NCBI RefSeq assembly: GCF_004010195.1
Contig: NC_057720.1
Span: 31,724,831-31,788,830 of the forward strand
DNA length: 64,000 bases
Origin: Chiloscyllium plagiosum
Taxonomy: Eukaryota
Direction of reading: 5' to 3'
The notes under the pieces are model-generated. The model worked only from the letters and a program-made list of their open reading frames with translations. It did no database searches and was not told the origin of the DNA. Both the position numbers and the translations under genes were made by a program. Positions 52,108 to 64,000 of this stretch are shown here, one piece after another (position 1 is the first letter of the stretch; each line of letters opens with the position of its first letter).

Positions 52108-52324
52108 AGCGTGGTACTGGAAAAGCACAGCAGGTCAGGCAACATCTGAGGAGCAAGAAAATCGATGGTTTGGGCAAAAGCCCTTCATGAGCAATCCTTC
52201 ATCAGGCTTTTGCCTGAAATGTCGATTTTCCTGCTCCTCAGATGCTGCCTGACCTGCTGTGCTTTTCCAGCCCTACTCTAATCTTGACTATAATCTCCAG
52301 CATCTGCAGTACCTGCCTCCGTCC
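52108..52324. mobile_element. Fold-back Penelope-derived element nested in an older repeat
   Basis: Inverted arms at about 52119-52192 and 52205-52270, with an imperfect flank duplication GGCCATCATTTATT / GGCCAATATTTATT. Confidence 0.8.
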
Positions 52325-53250
52325 GGCCAATATTTATTGCCCATCCTTAGGTGCCCTTAAGAAGGTGATGATGAACTGCTGCAGTCCATGTGCTGTAGGT
52401 AGACCACAATGCTGTTAAGCTGTTAGGGAGTGTATTCCAGGATTTTGGCCAGTAGCTGAAAAAAAAGGTTATATATTTCCAAGTCAGGATGGAGAGTGAC
52501 TTGGAGGGAACTTGCAGGTGGTGATGTTCTCCTGTCTCTGTTGCCCTTGTCCTTCTAGATGGAAGTGGTTGTGTGTTTGGAAGGTGCTGTTTAAGGATCT
52601 TTGATGAATTTCTGAACTGCATCTTGCAGATTGTGCACACTGCTGCTACTGAGCTTCACTGGTGAAGGGATGGATGCTTGTTGATGTGATACCAATCAAG
52701 CGGGCTGCTTTGTCCTGGATGGTGTCAAGCTTCTTCAGTGTTGTTGGAGCTGCACTCATTCTCGTAGCACTGCAACCATGATGGTATCTACTCCTGTCTT
52801 TTCAATGTGTCTCTCTGGAGTCCCTCCTGGTCCCTTGTCCACTCTCTGTATCAAGGCCTCCATTGCTGTGTTGGAAAATCTCAGAGCACAATTTTATTCT
52901 GTTGCACTATTTTTCAGTGTTCATCTTATGGAAAGGAGAAAGAAATTCGGTGAGATCCCTTCAGGTGTGGGAGAGGCATAGTGATATTATTGTGAGATTA
53001 TTAATCCAAAGATCCAAGCAATGTTCTGAGGACCTGGGTTGGAGTCCATCATAGCAAATGGTGAAATTTGAATTAAATGGAAAATAAAATCAGGAAATAA
53101 GGTACTAATGACCATAAAACCACATTGTCAATTGTTGGGAAGGTAACTGCCTTCCTCAGTTGGTCTGCCCAACATATGTCTCTGGACAACTAGAGATGTG
53201 CAATAAATGCTGGCCTAGCCAGTGACATCTACATCACTTGAGTGAATTAA

Positions 53251-53348
53251 GCCTTCCTGAAGAAGGGCTCATGCCCGAAACGTCGATTCTCCTGCTCCTT
53301 GGATGCTGCCTGACCTGCTGCGCTTTTCCAGCAACACATTTTCAGCTC
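53251..53348 (+). mobile_element. Short Penelope-derived element with an intact hammerhead core
   Basis: CUGAAGA-A-GGGC-UCAU-GCCC-GAAAC-GUC-GA at 53257-53286. TGAATTAA is duplicated at 53243-53250 and 53349-53356. Confidence 0.85.
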
Positions 53349-53663
53349 TGAATTAAAAAAGGTTGTTTTATCTGAGTTTCAATCCACCCATCAGTTATGC
53401 CCTTCTCATGTGTTCACCAACCCAGAGACAGAAATCCACATAGGAAAAGAGAGATGGTATCATAGTTTGACGCAACATTGAAGGAAGGCATTTGCAATGA
53501 CTTGCATTGTTTGGCTTCCTAGTTTTCTTCAATTAATACTACTACCCTTTTTTCCCTTCATGTATTATCCAACTCACCTGAGAGAGTTAATATTGAATTT
53601 GCTTCCCCCACTTCAATGCTTCAAACATGCATTCCAGACAGTACTGCACAAAGATTACGAGTT

Positions 53664-53973
53664 TAGATTAGATTACTTACAGTGTGGAAACAGGCCCTTT
53701 GGCCCACCAAGTCCCCACCGACCTGCCAAAGCGCAACCCACCCAGACCCATTCCCCTACATTTACCCCTTCACCTAACACTACGGGCAATTTAGCTTGGC
53801 CAATTCACTTAACCTGCACATTTTTGGACTGTGGGAGGAAACCGGAGCACCCTAAGGAAACCCACGCAGACACGGAAAGAATGTGCAAACTCCACACAGT
53901 CAGTCACCTGAGGCGGGAATTGAACCCGGGTCTCTGGTGCTGTGAGGCAGCAGTGCTAACCACCGTGCCGCCC
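53664..53973 (-). mobile_element. Full-length HE1-type tRNA-derived SINE
   Basis: Head GGGCGGCACGGTGGTTAGCACTGCTGCCTCACAGCACCAGAGACCCGGGTTCAATTCCC and a (TAATC)n tail. CACAAAGAT occurs on both sides (53647 and 53973). Confidence 0.85.
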
Positions 53974-54301
53974 ACAAAGATCTATTTCTGTATGTCATCT
54001 GTTGTTCTTTCAGTCACCTTAAATCTCTAGTTCTAGCTAATTGACTCTTCTATCATTGCAAACAATTTCTTCTTGTTTACCTATCAAAACCATTCATAGT
54101 TTGATCACACTATCAAATCTCCTCTTCATCATCTCTGCTTTCAGGAAAACAACAGTGTCCATTTTCCTCTCTGTAATTTAAATCTTCATCACCGGTACCA
54201 TTCTATAAATTCTCTGCATCCTCTCCACAGAGTTAACATCCTTCTTAAAGCATGATACCAAGAGATGAACACCATACTCCAGAGAGGCCTAACAAATGTT
54301 C

Positions 54302-54735
54302 TACAAAATACCTTGCAAGAACTGTAACAAACACTACATTGGACAAACAGGCAGAAAGCTGGCCACCAGGATACATGAACATCAACTAGCACCAAAAACG
54401 ACATGACCCACTCTTACTAGTATCCGTACATACAGATGAGGAAGGACACTACTTCGACTGGGACAACATATCCATCCCAGGACAAGCCAAACAGAGATAC
54501 ACACGAGAATTCCTAAAAGCATGGCATTCCAACTGGAACTCTATCAACAAACACATTGACTTGGATCCCATTTACCATCCTCTGAGAAAAAGAACAGGAA
54601 ATGACATCACAACCCAAGGAAACCTAAACACACATATAGTAAGCAAGCTATGCCACCAGTGCTTCATCCAGAGGCTCACTGATGATGTCACCTAGTATGG
54701 TGATGAAACGTCTGAAAACGAACCTTCCAAAAAGC
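54302..54735 (+). mobile_element. Penelope-like element 3' fragment: GIY-YIG endonuclease remnant plus hammerhead
   Basis: Hand translation gives YKIPCKNCNKHYIGQTGRKLATRIHEHQLA, a frameshift, then KRHDPL...HYFDWDN...REFLKAWHS...SINKHIDLDPIY. Not in the ORF track. Confidence 0.9.
54676..54715 (+). ncRNA. Minimal type I hammerhead ribozyme motif
   Basis: UCA-CUGAUGA-U-GUCACC-UAGUAU-GGUGAU-GAAAC-GUC|UGA. Stem I is UCA/UGA and stem II is 6 bp; predicted cut after C54712. Confidence 0.8.
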
Positions 54736-54747
54736 TAAGCATAACTT

Positions 54748-55010
54748 AGAGTCACAGAGATATATAGCACAAAACAGACCCGTTGGCCCAATTCGTCCAT
54801 GCTGACCATATATCCTAAATTAATCTAGTCCCATTTGCCAACACTTGGCCAATATCCCTCTGATATCCCTTCCTATTAATATACCCATCCAGATGCCTTT
54901 TCAATGTTGTAATTGCACCAGCCTCCACTACTTTCTCTGGTAGCTCATTCCATACACACACCACCCTCTACGTGAAAACATTACCCTGTAGATCCCTTTT
55001 AAATCTTTCC
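54748..55010 (-). mobile_element. CR1 3' fragment
   Basis: CR1 tail and 3' UTR homologous to 9347-9600. Confidence 0.85.
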
Positions 55011-55984
55011 TTGTTTTTGAACTCTATTTCTCTATTAATAAAACCTAGGATAATACATGACTTCTCAAATAGTCCTGCCATCTTCATGCATACACTCCTG
55101 AAATTTTCTGTTCCTTGCCCTTTTTAAAATCATGCCATTTATTTTTAAGCCACGAACACAAGGGAGATGGAAGGAAGAGTGAAAACATAAACTTTCTGGG
55201 TTCAAGGAATGTCAGCCACAGGTAATAAATGTTTCTGACTCCAGTCTCAGGGACTGCGCCCTGTATAGAAGAGTGTTGACCAATCCCATGGAGATATGAA
55301 GGCCAATCTCAGAGGACATGAAGCAAATAGTACGGGTCATGGTGGAGTGTAATGCCATCCATTGCAGCCTGTATATGTAATTGGAAAGAGACAAGCCAAG
55401 GTTACTCAGGCAGTTGAAGGCGAAGCCTAGCCTGCCACAGACTTGGCTTCAAAAGATCCACAGTTACCTAAACTTGGCCTTAACCAACCCCAGTTTTAAT
55501 TGTTCCTCTATTGATGACGTAACTGTAACTGTCAAGGCCTGATGCTGTGGAATTCACTCCTCGAAATTCTCACGGTCTCTATTACTCTTTCCACATTTAA
55601 GATGCTACTTTAAACCTGTTTCTGTGACCAAGCTTATGGCCACATGGCTTAATATCGCCTTATGTGATTTGGTGTCATATTTTGCGATATAACGGTTTTA
55701 TGCAGCACCCTGGGATGTTTTATTGTGTTGAACGTGCTAGGTAAATATAAGTTTTGTTGTTGTCTCAAGCAGTGAGTCACTCAGTCCCAATGCATGCTGT
55801 ATTTTGAAATGCATTTACAGTTATATGGACAAATACAACACTCAATTTGCACACAGAGTAAGTTAAACGCACGACTACGATCTGCTTTCATGGTTTTGGT
55901 TAAAGCAAGATTGTACTTGATGCAAGCTGTTAACTTTAAGATGCAGGAATAACTGACCAAGAATGGCATGATCCAACTTTCTTC

Positions 55985-56432
55985 CTTCCCACTCCCTTTC
56001 CAACATGACCATCTTTGGCCTCCTCCATTGCCTCAACGAATCAACCGCAAATTGGAGGAACAACACCCCATCTTCCACCTGTCCTGCATACAGACCGGAG
56101 GACTCAACATTGAGTTCTCCAATTTCAAATAACCTCCCTTCTCATCACCCGACTCCCTTCCCAGCCCCTCCTCCCTCCCTTCCATTCTTCTCATCAACCT
56201 TTCCTTCCAGCAACCAACTGGATTGATTCCTCCTATCGACCAACCAAGTCCTACCCTTATCTGTGTTCACCTATCCCTACCTTATCAACCTACCCCCCCC
56301 GCCCCCCCTACTTTATCTTCAGCTCCCCTCATCCCCACCCGCAGTCCTGAAGAAAGCTGTACCTGAAACGTTGACTTCTCCACCTCCTGATGCTGTTTAG
56401 CTTGCTGTGTTCTTCCAGCCTCCTGCCTGTCA
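55985..56432 (+). mobile_element. Penelope-like element 3' end (second family) with a degenerate hammerhead
   Basis: GIY-YIG C-terminal remnant (GLLHC...RKLEEQH.IF..GGLNIEFSNFK*), a C-rich UTR, then AGUC-CUGAAGA-...-GAAAC-GUU-GACU at about 56343-56376. Confidence 0.78.
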
Positions 56433-57402
56433 AACTTTCTTTAAGCATTTGTGTGATAACTTGACTTAACTTGACCGAATTAACTTGACAATACATGGAT
56501 AAGTTCATGAATAGGAAAGGTTTGTAGGGATATTGGCCAAGTGCAGGAAGGTGGGACTAGTTTAGTTTGGGAACAGGGTCAAGGTGGACTGGTTGGACAC
56601 TTAAGGTCTACTTCCCTGCTATGTGGATCCATGACTCTATCTGAGGGTCGGAACATGGCTAAATTGTAGACAATAACAATAATAAAGCACCTTCAATTTA
56701 TGATTCTCAATGTGTAACTTTTAAGAAAATATTTACATTCCATTTGAATGTCTATAAATAGTTTGTATGCTGCAATATCAAATCTGTTACAACAAAATTA
56801 AACTGCAAAACAAAAGCAATTGTATTATTCATCAAAAGCAAATGCATTTTACTTCAACTGCACACTACAGATAACAACACCTTTTCAACAAATGTTTATG
56901 AACATTTTAATAACTTCATCCACTTGTAGGGAAATTCATAATCTAAAAATAAATTCTAATTGGGTAGGAATTAAATACACAACAATATATTTAAACAGCT
57001 TGAAAAATATGTTTACCATCAAGGGATGTAAGCAGTCTTACCCTAGAAAGAATTCAAAGGCAACAAATCTCTGATAATTTTCTGCAGTCCAAGGTAAAAC
57101 ACCATCAAGACTCTCCTATAACTGTACTTGCTTTTGTGACCAAGGTACAAGCAGTCTGGATGAAAACTTTAACTATAATGATGTTTTACACTTCCATGGG
57201 GATGTTATCAGCTCCCTTTAAGCCTTTAAAAATGACTGTAAAAGGGAAAAATAAAAGTTTAATCATTCTCCCAGTGCCTTTACCACCTGATAAATGACTG
57301 ACCATTGATTGAATGGCTTATTGCACCACTGCACTACATGAAGAGAAGTGCACTCAAAACTATTAAGGCAGCGCAAATCTGGGCAGCTTGCCACCTGTAT
57401 AT

Positions 57403-57416
57403 GTTTCCATGGTGAC
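57403..57416 (-). promoter_or_regulatory. RFX X-box (GTCACCATGGAAAC), candidate DYNLT4 promoter element
   Basis: Match to the X-box consensus GTYRCCATGGNAAC in unique sequence upstream of DYNLT4; a minus-strand donor (AGG|GTAAGA) lies at 57042/57041. Confidence 0.45.
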
Positions 57417-60400
57417 AACTTCCACCCCACGACAATTTTTTCAAACAGTATTAACTTCTGTTATAGACCAAGGTATATCAGGGATAAACTTTATCACGGC
57501 TAACATGTTTGACACCAACCCCCTTGTGCCTTTGAAGGATATATTTACTTGTTAGTTTTTGGTATACTTAGGGAGTTTAAAAAACACCTCATTACTGAGC
57601 TAGTTTTGTTTCCTCAAAACATTAGCTACAGTCAACTTTTAAATAAACATTTTATTCATAATTTAAGTTTCTCACATTCTTTGTAAATTTGTCACTGTGC
57701 CTGTCCTTGCCAACAGATGGACAGAATAACTTGTTTTAGCACTCCAATAATGCTGCAGTATAGCTGGTGTCTAATCATGTCAAATGTGATGTGGAGCAAA
57801 GCATGACATCTGTCTCAAATGCTTCCAGAGGTCAAGAACTCACTTTTCCAAGAATTATAGTTCACTAAATTACTTTTCATTGGCATGTCTAATTAGTGAG
57901 TTTTGGCAGACCCTCCACGATAAGAATCCAGTCCAATCCTATCCACAACCAGTCTTCACAAAGATTTACTTTCCAGAAGCACTCATTGAATAACAATGAT
58001 GAAAGAGCCTTATAATGTTAAGGCCAGGTGATATACCGTTACTGTTCCCTCAGCTGAAACCTGCTAGTTCAACACATATCTTAATGCATAATAGTGTTTT
58101 GAAGAGAATAGTCTGTTTTTGACTGGCCAACCCATTGCTCTGGGTATCTTTTGTATGAAAGAAACAATTAGGTTGAAAATCTATAGGTGATATCTGCATA
58201 TTACTATAGACTTGATGCTCTTTTAATGATTCCATTCAGTAGCACTGAATAATACTTGTAATATGTTTGCAATTTAATTTAATCCCCGTCCAAGATGGCA
58301 AGGAGAAGGAATTGCTTTTCTATTGATTGATAATATTGGAAATTCTCTCTCCAGCGAGTAGGATAGGCTGTGTCATTGAATATATTCAATGCTGAGTGAG
58401 ACAGATTTGTAATGATGAAGGCGCATTAAGGTCACTGTCAAATCAACTATGATCTTAGTGAGTAATGGTGCAGTCTTGATGGGCCAAATGGACCTTTGCT
58501 GCTCTATTTCTTATGTACTTATGATCTATTATAGGTCCAGATGCACATTCACTTGACTTTTTGCAGAATTCCTGAGACTTGAACATAAATACTAAAGCCA
58601 AATGGGAGGAAGGAATATGTATTTCTAAAACTATTTTTGCTAGGTCAGTCATAAAATACTTTATGGAATGAAGAATTGTGCAATTTCACAACAGCACTAC
58701 TTTTAAAGCAAATTCTTATAAGGCAATTAAATACCACACCACAAACACTAGTCTCCTCATTGATAATGCACAAAAGATTTATGATAAGATAAAGACTGAA
58801 CAGCAGGCAGAAAGGTCTACTCTTTGAATTTGGACAAGTTTGAAGGCAGTCTTACAATCCACTGTTAAAGCGTAAACGAGATGGCAATATTTTCTCTGCT
58901 TGTTTTTTTAAAACTTCACTTGCAGACCATGGGCACCATTGACTTCCATTTATTGACCGTCTCTAATTGCCCTTGAGAAGGTGATGCTGTAGGTAGACTG
59001 ACAATACCTTAGGAGGGAGTTCCAGGATTTTGAGCCAATGACACTGAAGGAAACTGAGTGTGTAGTTAAACATGTTGAATTTTGCCGCAGTGTTCAACTT
59101 TGCTATAGTGTGTGAACTGAACAGCAACTTTCTGCAGGTGCAATTGCACATCCATATATTTTCCACTATGGATTCAATGTGGTTTTAAACATGTCTACCA
59201 GTGTAAAACATGTGCTAATAAACCAAGTATAAAAGATTGGATCCAACCAAATGAAATAGCAAACTAATTCTGGATATTTTACTTATTTGCTTAAAGAATA
59301 CCTGAAGCCAAACAAGAGCCTCTTCATTGTTCTGTAGAGGGGACATTCTTCACTAATTTGTGGCATTTGATATTGCAAAAGTATATATAGTATCACGTTC
59401 CTGACAGGACAGTGCACTATAACTAAACTACACTATTTCACAAGTTATCACAATTCCTAACTTTTGGCTGTTATTTCAGATAAAATAAACTCACATCAAG
59501 TTTCATCAATAAACAAGAAATGTTTACAATTAACAAACTTACCCTTTAACAAGTGAAAAACAGATGATTACTTACTAGAATGCATACTTAAACTATATCC
59601 CCTTTAAACCCAAACATTGTTTCACAGATAGGTCATACAAGACTGAGCAGTTCTATGGAAATATCATGGCTAGAAAATTTAGGCAAAAAGGAACAAATTC
59701 TGTGGATTAACATTCTAATCAGAAAGGCCAAATGAGGTGACTTTCTCATAAGTCGTGGTTATGACATCAGTTGTTGACCTCAGAAGATCTTTAGCTCAGT
59801 AGTCGGTCAGTTGGACCTACCTCTTTGTCTGAGGTAGAAGTTGTTGTCTTCAGTGTCATTGAATGCTGGTTTTCTTCTGTAAAGAAAAGAGAGATATGTT
59901 TGGTTTCCAGGTTTTCCTGAGCTCCTTTGGCAAAAGATATAGCTTACTTTAAGGGAAAGTAAATAAATACAACCTTCCTATTTCATGCAGAGAAATGAGC
60001 CATTTGGTTAATTTCACTATATAAGATTATTTAATTTATAATAAATGTCTTATAAAAATGCAAAGAAAATGGATAGCAAATCATTGTGGGTTTTTTTTCA
60101 TATATACTATAAATATTTTAATGAACTGAGATGCCAATTTTGTTTGTCTTATATTAAATAATTGGAGGTCTTGTGGTTCAGTGAGTTGAGTCCCTGTCTT
60201 TGAGTCCAAAGCTTTGGATATGTGTGCAACCCAGGTCTTTATGGCTTAGGGACTTGTATTTGTAACATGACCAAACAGGTAGAAAATTAAGCTGCAAATA
60301 ATAGCAACAGAATCTTTCGATCAAATAACAATTTCGGGGGATCTAAGATGGCGGCGATCCGAGAAGATCACACTGCAGAGCTTCACATCGCAGCAGGAGC

Positions 60401-61694
60401 AGGACGGTTCTTTAACCCACCCAACCCAGGTCATCAGGATTTCTTGGGGCATTGGAAAGATTGTGGAGCCCCAAGAAACATTTAAAAATTGACTTAACTG
60501 TATTTTCAGCAATCCAGAAATGCCTAAAAAGGGAGGAGGAGCATCTGAGGCCGGGCCTGCAGCTCAGCCTGCAGCAGCCTCGGAGCCGATTACTCTCCAG
60601 GATCTGGTGAACCAGCTCTCGAAATCTCGCGAGATGTTGGGGAAACAGATTGAAGAGAAGCTGGCTCCAGTCTCTCTCATGCTGCAGAAGCATGAGAAAC
60701 AGCTGGGGGACCTGGAGAAGAGGACGGATGAGGTGGAGCGCAGGGTCACAGTGGTGGAAGCTGATGCCAGTTCATTTAAGGAAGAGATCCAAGCCCTGAA
60801 GATGCAGGTTCGTAATTTGCATGACCAAGTGGATGATCTTGAAAACAGGGGCAGGAGAAAAACATTCGGATCATCGGTCTGCCTGAGGGTAAGGAAGGTG
60901 AGCGGCCTGCGGAATTTGTTGAAGATTGGCTTCTGAAATTCCTTGACTTGGAGACTGGCATGAGAGGATTGAAGATGGAGAGGGCTCACTGGTCGCAGCA
61001 CGGAGGTCGGGTCTGGGTCAATGCCCTTGTCCTTTCTTGGTGCGGTTCCATCATTACCGGGATAAGGAGAGAGACATGGAGGCTTCCAGACTCCAGGGGA
61101 AGGATCCAAAGGCCCTAATTTACGAGGGATCTAAGATCATGTTTTTTCAGGACTTTTCAGCGGCGGTGATCCAGAAACGAAAGTCGTATGATGGTGAAGG
61201 AGCTTGGGATTCAGTACACCCTGAGATATCCGGCAGTGCTTCGGATCACCTTAGATGGATCCATACATCTCTTTGACACATCGGAGAAGGCAAGAGACTT
61301 TGTGGACAAACTAACCTAACTTAAACAATTGTAGTATATACAAATATTGTTGCTTGGGTATGCATTTATCATTCTGTAAAAGAAATGGAGGAAATCCGGT
61401 TGGAGCTTTGTTTTTTCCCCTTTTTTTCCCTCTATTGATAATAATTTGGTTCAAACTATGTCTGATGGTGGTTAAGATGTACATTTTAAATTTCTAAGTT
61501 AGGACATACCAAAGGATGGGTGGGGTATTTATTCCCCTTTGTTTTTATAAAATAATTTTTTTTATTCATATTGATATTCTATGGGGTGTTTATTCTTTTT
61601 AGCTTGTGCTTGCGATACGGCTCTAGCTGGGAGAGGTGAAGGTGGTTGAGATGGTTAGATGCCTATTTATGGGCAGTTCGGGACGGGTAGTTGC

Positions 61695-62535
61695 NNNNNN
61701 NNNNNNNNNNNNNNNNNNNNNNNNNNNNNNNNNNNNNNNNNNNNNNNNNNNNNNNNNNNNNNNNNNNNNNNNNNNNNNNNNNNNNNNNNNNNNNNNNNNN
61801 NNNNNNNNNNNNNNNNNNNNNNNNNNNNNNNNNNNNNNNNNNNNNNNNNNNNNNNNNNNNNNNNNNNNNNNNNNNNNNNNNNNNNNNNNNNNNNNNNNNN
61901 NNNNNNNNNNNNNNNNNNNNNNNNNNNNNNNNNNNNNNNNNNNNNNNNNNNNNNNNNNNNNNNNNNNNNNNNNNNNNNNNNNNNNNNNNNNNNNNNNNNN
62001 NNNNNNNNNNNNNNNNNNNNNNNNNNNNNNNNNNNNNNNNNNNNNNNNNNNNNNNNNNNNNNNNNNNNNNNNNNNNNNNNNNNNNNNNNNNNNNNNNNNN
62101 NNNNNNNNNNNNNNNNNNNNNNNNNNNNNNNNNNNNNNNNNNNNNNNNNNNNNNNNNNNNNNNNNNNNNNNNNNNNNNNNNNNNNNNNNNNNNNNNNNNN
62201 NNNNNNNNNNNNNNNNNNNNNNNNNNNNNNNNNNNNNNNNNNNNNNNNNNNNNNNNNNNNNNNNNNNNNNNNNNNNNNNNNNNNNNNNNNNNNNNNNNNN
62301 NNNNNNNNNNNNNNNNNNNNNNNNNNNNNNNNNNNNNNNNNNNNNNNNNNNNNNNNNNNNNNNNNNNNNNNNNNNNNNNNNNNNNNNNNNNNNNNNNNNN
62401 NNNNNNNNNNNNNNNNNNNNNNNNNNNNNNNNNNNNNNNNNNNNNNNNNNNNNNNNNNNNNNNNNNNNNNNNNNNNNNNNNNNNNNNNNNNNNNNNNNNN
62501 NNNNNNNNNNNNNNNNNNNNNNNNNNNNNNNNNNN
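61695..62535. other. Assembly gap (N run) inside the L1
   Basis: Run of n characters. Confidence 1.
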
Positions 62536-63265
62536 AATGTGTTAAAGACACATACGGGAGGTTTGTAATTCTTAAAGCCTTGATAAATGGGGAAGAATAT
62601 GCATTTTAAATGTTTATTGTCCCCCAGCTCATCCTCTTAAATTCTTGGTAGATGCTTTTTCTAAACTGATAAGTCTCAAGTTTCGGCACATAGGGGGAGA
62701 TTTTAACTGCCTCATGGATCCCACAGTAGACAGGTTGCCTAAAGGTCCCTCGATACCCTCTGCACAAACTAAACAGTTAATGGGTTTGTGTGGGTAATTA
62801 GGATTGGGGGACGTCTGGAGGTGTCTCCACCCTACAGGTAGGGATTTCACATTTTTCTCCAATCCACACAGATGTCACACGAGGATTGATTTTTTTCTGA
62901 CCCCTGCAGTAACCCTGGATCTGGTGGCATCCTATACGATTGGTAATATTGCCATCTCTGATCATGCTGCAGTGTACCTCATGGTTAAAACTAAGGATGT
63001 TACAGTGGATTCAAGGTACTGGCGAATGGACCCCTTTATTCTCATGGACAGGAGGTTTGTGGAGTATTTCTCTATGGAATTTCGGGCATTCCTAGACATC
63101 AACATAGGCTCAGTTGATAGCTCATGTGTTCTCTGGGAAACTGCCAAAGCTTATGCCAGGGGGTTTGTTATTTCATATTCCACAAGTAGGAAGCGGCAGA
63201 AGGGTGAGCAGCAATGTCTCCTTGAAGCACGGTTGAAAGCAGCAGAGAAGGCCTATTTTGACAGA

Positions 63266-63384
63266 AGAAGGGCCTGTGCCCGAAACGTCGAATCTCCTGT
63301 TCCCTGGATGCTGCCTGACCTGCTGTGCTGTTCCAGCAATAAAGTTTCAACTTTGATCTCCAGCATCTGCAGACCTCACTTTCT
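63266..63384 (+). mobile_element. Short Penelope-derived element inserted in L1 ORF2 with a perfect 14-bp TSD
   Basis: CCTATTTTGACAGA at 63252-63265 and 63385-63398 flanks AGAAGGGCCTGTGCCCGAAACGTCGAATC...CAGCATCTGCAGACCTCACTTTCT. Confidence 0.92.
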
Positions 63385-64000
63385 CCTATTTTGACAGACC
63401 CTTGTTAGTCAAACTACAGAGGATTACAGCACTGCGGTCTGCTCTAAATTCCGTGCTCACGCAGATGGCAAAGAAGAAGCTGGCTTTTGCAAAGCAAAGG
63501 TTATACGAGCATAGTGACAAGCCAGGCAAATATTTAGCATACCTTGCCAGAAAGAGAAGTGCCCCACAAACCATTACAGCAATTAGGGAAGGATCTGGGA
63601 ACCTAACATGTGATTCTAAAAAGATTAATGTGGCGTCCCAGAGATTCTACTCTAAGTTATATCTGTCGGAGAATTGTGAGGAGGGGCAGGCCAAAATGGA
63701 ATCCTTTTTTAGAGATCTGAAGCTCCCGGGTGTGACTCCCGAACAACAGTCCTTTCTCAATGCCCCATTATCAGAGCAAGAAGTGCAGGAAGCTGTGAGG
63801 CAGCTTCAGAGTGGAAAGGCGCCCGGCCCTGATGGACTTCCCAGTGAATGCTATAAGAAATTTATAAGTATACTGTCAGGTCCGATGCTGAATATGTTTA
63901 ATGATTCATACAGTCATGTTTGTCTCCCACCATCTCTGAGAGAGGCCAATATTTCACTTATTCTTAAAAAAGGGAAGGATCCGGAAGACTGTGCTTCATA

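Larger units (their letters stand above)
60336..64000 (+). mobile_element. L1-clade LINE with an intact 5' end, disrupted ORF1 (60520 to about 61319) and ORF2 endonuclease/linker, running off the window edge
   Basis: Coiled-coil ORF1 ..DDLENRGRR(K/N)IRIIGLPEG. ORF2 APE motifs GRFVI, IGGDFN, DVWR..HP, FTFFS, RIDFFL and ISDH, then KAPGPDG. Contains frameshifts and stops. Confidence 0.93.

Noticed and set aside
53497..54030. 177-aa ORF
   Set aside because: It is antisense read-through of an HE1-type SINE and has no protein motif.
61636..62609. ORFs of 284-316 aa in the ORF track
   Set aside because: They consist almost entirely of N-gap sequence.

Overview
This is vertebrate nuclear DNA. The repeat content (HE1-type SINEs, abundant CR1/HER1-like LINEs, Penelope-like elements) suggests a shark or other elasmobranch; this is an inference. 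Two protein-coding genes are present and converge tail-to-tail, matching the human order. PLK3 (+ strand) has 15 coding exons over 22438-36121; by hand I assembled 1920 nt, 639 aa, with all introns GT-AG and consistent phases. It has a CpG-rich CCAAT/GC/CRE/TATA promoter and an ARE-rich 3' UTR. DYNLT4/TCTEX1D4 (- strand) has a single coding exon at 44366-45067 (233 aa). The rest is retroelement debris (CR1, Rex1, an L1 running off the right edge, SINEs, Penelope fragments) plus two N gaps. Two observations stand out. (1) An inverted CR1 pair at 17958-19740 has both arms A-to-G hypermutated on the same strand, starting at the inner edge of the predicted duplex. This looks like an ADAR-hyperedited hairpin RNA written back into the genome. 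(2) A family of about 100-220 bp Penelope-derived elements carries minimal hammerhead ribozymes. Many copies are fold-back palindromes with 8-15 bp target-site duplications, and three lie in PLK3 introns.
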